Assembly: GCF_009834535.1 (NCBI RefSeq) | Contig: NC_045697.1 | Coordinates: forward strand, 89,158,001-89,222,000 | Length of the DNA: 64,000 bases | Reading direction: 5' to 3' | Source: Camelus ferus | Taxonomy: Eukaryota | Shown: positions 54,485 through 64,000 of the stretch, one piece after another | How positions within the stretch are numbered: the stretch's first letter is position 1 | Layout: the number at the start of each line of letters is the position of its first letter | Notes under the pieces: generated by a model | The model's database searches: none | What the model saw: the letters and a program-made list of their open reading frames with translations, nothing else | What the model was told of the DNA's origin: nothing | Program-made: the position numbers and the translations under genes

Positions 54485-54992
54485 TAGAGTTGCCAAATAA
54501 AATAAAAGATGCCAAAAAAGGACACTATGAATTCTTCTACAAAGCAGAAACAGACTTGCATAGTAAACAATCTATGGTTACTGGGGAAAAGGTGTGGGAA
54601 GGGATAAATTTGGGAGTTTGAGATTTACAAATTTTAGCCACTATATATAAAAATTGATTTAAAAAAAAGTTTCTATTGGCTAGCACAGGTAACTATGTTC
54701 AATACCTTGTAATAACATTTAATGAAAAAGAATATGAAAGCGAATATATGTATATATATGCATAACTAGGACATTGTGCGGTACACCAGAAATTGACACA
54801 TTGTAACTGACAGTACTTCAACTGAAAAAAAAGATGCCCAGTTAAATTTGAATTGCAGATAAACAAAAAATATTCTTATTGTAAGAATGGCCCATGCAAT
54901 ATCTGTGACATATTTATGTTAAAATTTTTTTGATTTTCTGAAATACAAATTTAACTAAGCATCCTGTATTTTTATTTGCTCAATCTGGCATT
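54485..54992. mobile_element. MER53 palindromic hAT MITE, interrupted by L1
   Basis: tagagttgcca...gatgcccagttaaatttgaattgcagataaac...aaatttaactaagcatcctgtatttttatttgctcaatctggca. Confidence 0.85.
54514..54828 (+). mobile_element. Lineage-specific L1 3' end inserted in MER53
   Basis: TSD AAAAGATGCC at 54504-54513 and 54829-54838; gtacaccagaaattgacacattgtaactgac plus A tail. Confidence 0.9.
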
Positions 54993-55888
54993 TATTCTTG
55001 AAGCAATTTTTAGAAATAAAAGGAAATAGAAATTTAAAATGTTTAATAAATTAATAAATACAGAATGACTGACGTGTGGGCAACTCAAGTGATACGGTTT
55101 AAAATAAAATTCATAGTATTATTAAAAACAAAACTGTTTTCAAGGCAAAAACTCAAGAAAGAGAAGGTTATATTTTTACAACACAAAAAAAGAATATCAT
55201 GGAGATCATTTACTTATATAAAAACCCTTTATATATTTCCTGAATATTTCACATATGTCAATTATTTTAACTATGAGTTTAATGTGATGTAAAAGGAACA
55301 ATTCATTGGTAGAAAACAGGTGAAATTTTTTTTTAATTAAGAATTTAGTTTTTAGAGAAATATCATTTGCTTACAAACTACTGCAGCCCTTTTTACATTC
55401 AAACATTCTTTACATATTCACAGGCCATTTTTCTTTATCGATGATGGCATTTGGAAATATTAACTGAAAGTAGTGTTACAAATACAGATGCTACAAGCAT
55501 GTCAAAGAGTCTGAAATTGCTGATGACAGAGTTTACAAGTAATTATAAATATTGAAATAAAAGCCAAAAATACAGCTGGTGTGTTTATTTGCTGATGCTC
55601 AAAAGGAAATATTTATGTTAATTTTGCTTTAATCTGAAGCCATTGTACTCAGAAAGCTATACAGAAAATTGGTTGTATATTACAAAAACTTAGATATATT
55701 ATTTCATACTCACTAGGCAACATTTCTAGAATTAAGCATGTAATAGTATCTTAGGACATCAAAAAATTACAAATTAACATTTTTCTTTAAGTGTCTTCTA
55801 CAACTAAGACATGCAGACATTGAGAGAGAGAAAAGGAGAGACAGCAATGCTATTTCATTTACATTTTAAAATAACATATGGTCTAAAG

Positions 55889-56115
55889 CAGGGTTTCATA
55901 AACTTGGTACTTGTGACATTTTGAGTCAGATAATTTGGGGAGTGTAAGGGTGATTGAACTATGCATTATAAGATATTCAGAAGCACCCGTGGGCTCTACC
56001 CACTAGGTGTCAAGAGCATCTTCTGAGCTGGAACAGTCGGAGATGTCTTTAGACAAAGCCAAATGTCCCCTGGTGGGGGTTTAGAGTAAAGGACAAATTT
56101 GCCTATGGTGCTTTG
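55889..56115 (+). mobile_element. MER20 hAT-Charlie
   Basis: cagggtttcataaacttggtac...gacattttgagtcagataatt...ctctacccactag...gccaaatgtcccctgg. Confidence 0.8.
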
Positions 56116-56239
56116 ACGTATCAATCTGGCCATTTATTTAATCATTACTAACACAATAATAACAACCCTATTTATTCAGAGCTCAATATGTGCTAGTTAT
56201 ACATCAAGTCTAATCATAATACACAAATGCAATCTATTT

Positions 56240-56950
56240 CATATTTAAAATGACTTTTAGGAGTCATAACAAAATTGAGAGAAGGTATAGAGATTTCCCA
56301 TATACCCTTTGCTACCACACATGCATACTCTCTCCCATTATCAACCTGCCCCACCAGAGTGGTACATTTTCTACAACTAGTGAACCTACATTGGTACATC
56401 ATTATCACCCAGATTTCATGGTATGCATTAAGGTTCACTCAGTGTTGTACAGTCTAAAGGTATGAAAATGTGTAACTTGTACCCATCATTATAGTATCAT
56501 ACAGAATATTTTTACTGCCTTAAACAATCTCTGTGCTCTGCCTATTGATCCATCCCCAACTCAACCCATGGCAACCACTCATCTTTTTCCTGTCTTCATA
56601 ATTTTGCCTTTTCCAAAATGTTATGTAGTTGGAATCATACAGTACATAACCTTATATCAGCTTCTTTCACTTAGCAACATGCATTTAAGTTTCCCCCGTG
56701 TAGTTTGATGGCTTATTACTTTTTAGTACCAATTAATATTCCATTGTGCGGATGTACCACTGTTTACTTATCCATTTACCTATTGATGGACATCTTAGGT
56801 GCTTCCAGGTTTTGGCAGTCATGAACAAAGTTGCTATAAACATCCATGTTCAGGTTTTTGTATGGATATAAGTTTTCAACTCCTTTGAGTAAATAACAAA
56901 AATTGCAATTGCTAACTCTTATGGTAAGAGTTTAGTTGTGAAAGAACATT
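56240..56950 (-). mobile_element. L1MC1/2-type 3' end
   Basis: agagatttcccatataccc...ccaccagagtggtacattt...gaacctacattg...ggacatcttaggtgcttccagg. Confidence 0.85.
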
Positions 56951-58429
56951 GTAAGATTTTTTTATTGTTTCCTGGACATATTGTCTATTCTGATTGAATA
57001 CTCAAGAGTCCATTAAAATCATTTTATTTTATCAGGCAGTCACCTTCTTCAGATTTAACATGCAGATATTGGCCTTCTTTTGAGGGTTGTTCTAATGAGT
57101 TAACGTTTTGGAATTTCTGCAGTATGATTTTGGTCTGCTTGGTTGCTCTGGTATTGTTGGGACCCCCATTATTGTCTGCCAGTGTTGCCTGAAATGGCAT
57201 TTCTGTGAGTCAGTATCCTCTCTAATCAACATGTTGCAGAAAGGCATTTATGCATGACATTTAGGTAAATGACATAATCTGGGGGTAATGTGGGGGAACA
57301 AAATGTCGTTTTAGGGAAAAATGTGTTTAAGTTTGTGTTTATATAATTAGAAAACATTATAATAAAAATATATTCTGAAAAATTATGTTACTAATTTTTT
57401 TTATTGTTAGGAATGCTTATGCTTAAGGGAACCTAATTTTGTTAAGTTTCAAAAATTGCCTACAGGAAGAAATTCAGTCACCAGTAATGTATCAACTATA
57501 AACCTGTCACACAAATTTCTTGGGATTTTAAAAGCTTGTAGTTAGTGCATTAAATTACTATTACCCAATTATGTGACATTTTATTGCTTCATCAAAAAGA
57601 AAGCTGATACTGAATAGTATAAATGACTAAGTAAAGTAGAATGGTGATGAAATCTAAACACAAAACACAACCATAAGGATTTTCAAATTTCAAAACAGGA
57701 AAACTCCCCAATGCATCTCTTTACGCCTTCTGAGATTGATATAAATGGCGCACATAATAAATTGAGTCAAATTACAATGTCATCTATTAATTAGCATTTG
57801 TCTTCAGGTTAATTGTGCATTTAAAATAACAATAACAAATAAATAAGGGAAGGTTCATTTTCATAAGGTTTTAAAACATACTGACTAAATAATTATCAAA
57901 TTAAATTTAAGAACCACATTAATCTAGAAAAGACTATTTCTTAATAGCACATATCCACTTCAAAGAATTTAATTAATATTGAAGAGTATCTCATGACAAA
58001 ATTAATTGCAGTCTCTGGGGTCTTGAAACAAAAGAAAAAGCAGGAAATTCTTTGTCTAAAGCAATACTAGAAGAAAAAATAACGTTTAGAAATTGCCTGA
58101 CCTAGAGAGTCCTGTAGCACTTCTTCAGGTTAAACTTCCTTTTAACTTCTGTACATCGCCCAGGCTGAATTTACTCGTAAGAAATTCGTTTGCAAAAGAT
58201 TGATTAGATAAAATAGTTTTTAGAGGGATTAGTTACTTGTTATTCTCAATTCCTTTGAATAAATTTAGTAATGACGAGGTAAAAAGAACAATTCCACGAA
58301 CTCTCGGGATCTTCAGTTACTGACTGCAGTGAATGAGGAGAATTTTCTCTCAGGTAAACACATGGGCCGCTGAGATGTGTGGTGAAGGAATGTCATGGTC
58401 TCATCATTTGGGAAAGTGAAAGTCATGCT

Positions 58430-60990
58430 CCTGTGACTTTCGCGGAACTGCTTAAACATCCCGTATTTTCCATGAAGGGCAGAAGCATCATCTACATTAT
58501 GCCGCAAGCACCGGTCCGTGACCAGCTGCCCTTGCTCAGTATAATGTTTTTGGGAATCATCTATGTTTGTGCATGCAGCAGCAGTTCGTGTTTTTGTGGC
58601 AGTATAGTATTACGTTGCCTGCATATATCTCAATTTGAGAAGTGTCCAGTTTGGGGTTGTAAGAATAAAATTGTTATGAATGTTTTCAAATGTGTATTTT
58701 GGGGGAGCTGTGCTCTCAATTCTCATGCATGACATATATGTAGAAGTAGAATTTCTGGGATCTAGGGTAGGCATACGTTCCTTTAGTGGATTGGGATTGT
58801 TTAATCTTCTTGATACACTGACCCTTTCATCAATATGAAATGTCCCTTTTTATCATTGAAATACTCCTTAAAGTAAGATCTTTTCTCCCAATGCTAACAT
58901 AGCTACCTCAATTTTATTTTGGTTAGTACTTGCATGGCGTATTTTCTCATAATTATACTTTTAATATCTAGGTGATTTATAAAGCCTATTTTTTGTAAAC
59001 ATCATAGAGTTGGGTCTTTTAAAAATTACTTATATATTTGGGTTTAAGTAATCACCTTGATATTAGTTCTGTATTTGTTCAATCAAGGTTTTTTTTAAAA
59101 TTTTTACCTTATCTAATTATTATTGTATGAACAAGTACTATTTTATTATTCCATTTTAATTTTTTAACTCACATTTGTAACACAGTATTCTGTTTTTACT
59201 GATTACCCTAGAAATTAATATATCCTTAACTTGTTACAATCTACCTCAAATTTGTAGGGTTACATGCCCAAAACAATGCAAGGATATTTTAACAGTTAAT
59301 TTACCCTAGTGTTGCTCTTTTTTATTGTTATCATGTACTTTATTTTACTTCTGGTAAAACCATAAAATGCATTGTCTTTATTGTATACTTAAGCAGTCAA
59401 CAATCTTTTATAATTAACTTTATATTTATTTTTTCTGGAGCTATAAATTTTTTACTCTTTCTTCCATCTGTGACTTTTTTTTTTTCCCTAACATGATTAA
59501 CTTCCTTTAATATTTCTTGTAGTTCAGGTATGCTGGCCATTTGCCACTTAATCACTAGGCATTGAAAACACTTGTGTTTCAACTTCATTTTGAAAGATTA
59601 TTGTCCCCAGGTATAAAATCTAGGTTGGCAGTTTGTTTTTTCAATACACTTCAGATGGCAGCAACCTAGCTGACCTTGATAGCAACCAGGAGCCCTGCGC
59701 TTCTGTCACAGAAAGAGGAAGGAGCCAGTTTGCACGCAGGCCCAGAGCAGAACTCAGGGCTCAAAAAAAATCAGTATTTTCTGGCTTCCACAGTTGTCTT
59801 ACTGCAGGCAGGATGCGTGTCTTCTTTCTCTGGTTATTCTTAAGGTTGTTTCATCATCTTTGCTTTTCTTCACTTCGATTATGATATGAGAGGCTGCTTT
59901 CTTTGTATTTACCCTGCTTGAGTTTTATTTAACATTTTTTAAATTCATGAGCTGGTATTTTTCTCAAATTAGAAAAATCTTACCATTATTTTTATAAAAT
60001 TTTACTTCCATGGGATTCTCTTTGTCTGGCATTCCAATTATATGTGGGTTAAACATTGATTATATGCCACATTTATTTAATTTCTGATCTTGTTTCCATT
60101 ATTTTTCTCTCTGAACTTTAATTTGTATATTTTCTCCTGACCAATTTTTGACTTTATAAATCTCATGCTCTTCATTGTCTAGTTTGCTGTTAAATTCACT
60201 AATTTGAGATATTGTATTTGAATTCATGGAATGTATATTTAATTATTTTGTATAGATTCTAAATATCTGTTGAATGCTCTGTAGTTTCATTCTTTTTATC
60301 TATATCTTCTATATTTAAAAACATTGCAATTATAATTATTTTGAAGTTCCTGTCTGTTAACTTCAGTATTTAATCATTTCTGTATCAGCTTTTAATAATT
60401 AATTTTAAATCATCTTTGAATTGTTCCTGCTTCTCCATATATCTAGTAATTTTAAAAGGTGTATTAGTATTCTGTGTAATACATGGCAGAGATTTTGGAT
60501 GTGTTATTTCCCTGTATCACGTATTAAGTTTTGTTCATCCAGCAATTAAATTACCAGCAGATTATTTTAACCTGCTGACTTGGTTTAAAATTTTGGTAAG
60601 GAGAAAGTAATTCAGTTTTGCCTTAATTGCTACTGTGTACACCTTTTCCTTTCTGGGCACGGCCTTTACTGCTTTTAAGTAAATCACCTGGAAGTGGGCA
60701 GTGTCTTTCTGCTGTGGCTAGGCCAGAACTATAACATCTCTCCAGCTCTGTACTAATTCTTGAATCACTTTTCAGCTCCCACGTCTCAGCAGATGACTAT
60801 GTTACATCTCCTTTAACGTCATCCTGCGCATCCATGGCTTAGGAGTTGACCAAGGACCAAGGAGAACCCCTTCAGATATTCTCGGAGTTCCTTCTTTGTG
60901 GAGTTCTTTTTTTAATCTTGTCTCCAAATCTTATTAAGATTAGGAGATATAAATTCTGATCACTCCTCCCTCTGGCCAGTCAGACACTAA
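58430..60990 (-). mobile_element. Ancient L1 fragments (3' end piece, then ORF1/5' region)
   Basis: T-rich antisense L1: gaccctttcatcaatatgaaatgtccct, cctttaatatttcttgtagttcagg, tataaaatctaggttggcagt. Confidence 0.75.
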
Positions 60991-61065
60991 CTTTCTATTG
61001 CTCAAAGAGGAAAGGGATATACAGTAGAAACAAAGGCAAAACTAAGTTAGAAACTCTTTACCAAA

Positions 61066-61089
61066 AGAGGAGAGCTCAAGCTCTCCTCT
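61066..61089. repeat. Perfect 11-bp inverted repeat with a 2-nt spacer
   Basis: AGAGGAGAGCT ca AGCTCTCCTCT. Confidence 0.9.
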
Positions 61090-61264
61090 GGAAAACCTCT
61101 GAGGGAATTATGAAGATCACTTTCTCCTAAAATAGTGCATACATTTTATGCAATCCCAAACAAAATGTCAAGAGAGTTGTATGAAACTTCAGAGTTAATT
61201 CCAACATTTACCTGGAAGCTTAAATAAGTAAAACTGGAAAAAAAAGACGACTATTTTTTCAGTT

Positions 61265-61801
61265 GTGTATTCATATATATATATATGTGAAACCTCAGGA
61301 CTTTGTTAATTAAAACACCAATATCCATTTATTTGGATGTCCCTTCCCTGGATTCCACAGTTTGTGCAGGGCTCAAAGGCACAGCTTTTATTTTCTTCAT
61401 GGGGTATTTGCTGAGGTAGGTGAACTAGAGCTGGAAGATGCAAGATGGCTTCACTCACATACCTGTTACATTATCTTGCATATTTGGAACATTGGGGGCC
61501 CCTTTCTCTCTTTTCGTAATTTCTTAGTCTTCAGAACCTTTCTTTCTAAATGTAGCCATTCTCTGATGCAATGTAGATGAAATTCTTAACCTGGCTATTG
61601 CCTTTCAGGGATAAAATTTTAAACTACAAGGAAGGTCTCTTAAGGCATGAATTCAAAAGTTCAAGATAGTCACATTTATTTCATAAAATTAGTCCAAAAA
61701 AATCACATGGTTTAGAATATAAAAGGGAGATATTAGACTTCATTCTTAACAGAAGAATCATATGCTTATAGAAATAGCCATTTTCGCAGACAGTCTACCA
61801 C
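61265..61801 (-). mobile_element. Old MaLR LTR (MLT1F/H-like)
   Basis: gctggaagatgcaagatggcttcactcacat...gccattttcgcagacagtctaccac. Confidence 0.6.
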
Positions 61802-62109
61802 GATTACCATCACAGTTAGAAATATTGTTTATTTGGACGCAAGCTGAAACACAAGTCTTACATTGCCTTATTTTTTGTTTGTTTATGATGTTTTTCCATA
61901 TGAAAATGAGAGTTCTTTAAGTGGGCTTTTAGTGCTATGCAGAATTCTGCCTTTAGCACACTTGGCAACAAGCCTGTACCAAAGGTGTGTTTTATTCACT
62001 AACACACTTCATCCTGGTGTATGAAACTTGTTTCTCTGTCCTCTCAAGGACCATGCCTGTGCCTGCTAGCCAAAGGGGTGCTGGGCCTCTTATTAAATGT
62101 TATTTAAGA

Positions 62110-63290
62110 AGAAACATATATTTGCAATAATAAAAAGCAATAAAGTTCTAGCATAGAAATAGATAAGTAGATCAATGGAACAAAAGAAAATGTCCAGAAA
62201 CATACATGAATATATTTAATTACCTTTTAATCTTTTAATATTAAATAAGGGACAGACTGATACTGAAATGATTGTATATCTTATGGTAAATTTAGAGCTG
62301 TACCTCACATTATAGCAAACATGAGGTGTATCTCTTTATAAATTAGTTGTTACCCACAAGCAATCTTGAATGAATTCTAGAATATAATTTAAGATGCTAC
62401 TGTTTTGTAATCATCTTCTAATAGGGAAAATTTGTTAAGATGTAAAATATAAAGCTCATAAATAAAAACACTAATATGATTCTTTAAAGTAAACATAAAG
62501 CTCTTAATGATGAACAAAACTTAAAAACTGACATATTATGAAGACATTTTTATAAAGTATGAAACTCAAATGAGATGAAAATATTTATTACAAAAAATAA
62601 TGATCCAATAAATCAATATGAACATGACATGTAACCCAGAAATAAAGGGGAAGGGCAAGCAGGTGCACTTAAAAGATCCCTGATCTCCTAGGTGATAAGG
62701 TAATTGGATTGTTAACAAGATTTCACCATAGATTTTTTTCTTTTTTGTTTATTGATCAAGAAAAAAATTTTGAAACGGTGAGAAAAATTTTTATTTTTTA
62801 AGAAACTGTGCAAGAAGTAGAACTGTCATACACTATTGATAGAAACAAATTTTAAACAACTTTTTGGAGAGTAATTTAATAATACCTACCAAAAATAATA
62901 ATAGTTGTAAAATATTTTTTATTAAGAATTTCCACTTCTTGATAGTTTGTTTTAAAAATAACACCAAGTATATACACGTGTGCATAATTCGTAATATTGA
63001 CATTTAGGTAAAAACTCATACGGAAATGCTTAAATATGTTGTATATACTGAGTAATAATATAAGATATTTAAATAATGGGGTAATAAAGCAAATTTCAGA
63101 ATGGTGTGTATTGCATTGATTTATTTTGTTTAAATAAAACTGTATGCATGTATATTAATACATATTTATATATACACACATTTTGGGTATATATAAAATT
63201 CAAGCTATTACAGAGGATTTAATTGTTTATATGCCTTTCTATTGTTTCAAAAATGTACTTAGCAGTTATTACTTTTGTAAAATGATATTG
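62110..63290 (+). mobile_element. Ancient L1ME-type ORF2 end / 3' UTR
   Basis: atagataagtagatcaatggaacaaaagaaaatgtccagaaa; caactttttggagagtaattt. Confidence 0.65.
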
Positions 63291-63294
63291 AATT

Positions 63295-63450
63295 CTATTT
63301 GTATTTCTTATTAGCTATCTGAACATGGCAAATCTCCTGAATTTGAGTGTGCTAGTTTTCTAACCTGTGCAATGGAGATAATTAAATCAGTCTTGGCTGG
63401 ATTTTGTGACAATCAAGTGAGCTAACAACACATACATAAACAATTATATA
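63295..63450 (+). mobile_element. MIR fragment
   Basis: ttagctatctgaacatggcaaatc...agttttctaacctgtgcaatggagataatt. Confidence 0.6.
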
Positions 63451-64000
63451 TTTTTTTAGTCAAGTTGGTTCTCTTAAGCATTGCTGACTTTGCATGTTTA
63501 GGAGGCTATTTGTTCCTTTGTTCATAAAGACATTTTTCTTTGTGCTCCACGGAAGGCACCAAGACTTGTCATGTTGGCAGTCTTGTGGGCAAATTAATAG
63601 TTATTGCCTAAGAGGCATCTTGTCCAGGAAAAATAATGTCTCTGTTGTTTCAACCTACGTAGTTTCTGTTTTTAATTACCTATGAAACAATACAAAAATT
63701 TTTTTTAAATGTGCATGAGGAGAAATACAGTAATCTATCAAAACCATTTCTCAAAAAATCTCACATTGCTTATTCCTAGTTTTTACAAGTCCCGTATTAC
63801 TATTTTTTGGACATCAGATTAATTGCAGTGTGACCTCAGGTCAGATTCTGAGATTCCACTGGAAACTCATGGTTTTTGTCTTTGTGTATTTAAGTGGATA
63901 TATATTTTATGGATAAGTTACCAAGGAAAATGGACAAATGCTGATTTACCCATGCTGTTTTGTATTTAAAATTCTTAAGGGTAGAGTGTCTCTAAGTTTC

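Noticed and set aside
302..63685. Numerous 60-155 aa ORFs in the supplied track
   Set aside because: They are low-complexity or repeat-derived, often use non-ATG starts and have no recognisable domains; only the L1 ORF2 remnants show homology

Overview
AT-rich mammalian non-coding DNA, either intergenic or deep intronic. It is most likely camelid, inferred from a Vic-1-like tRNA-derived SINE and lineage-type L1 3' UTRs. I found no host protein-coding exon that I can support. The only ORFs with recognisable protein homology are LINE-1 ORF2 remnants. Much of the window is interspersed repeat: L1 (young and ancient), L2, MIR, MaLR/ERVL/ERV1 solo LTRs, and hAT/Tigger MITEs. The notable structures are a young L1 with a twin-priming 5' inversion and an 11-bp TSD, a three-level nest of four LTRs, a perfect 23-bp hairpin in apparently unique DNA, an unexplained GC-rich A-tailed insert, and a CpG-enriched patch overlapping an ancient L1. 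Repeat family names come from my recall of consensus sequences, not from a database search, and boundaries of old repeats are approximate. I see no convincing evidence for a novel biological system.
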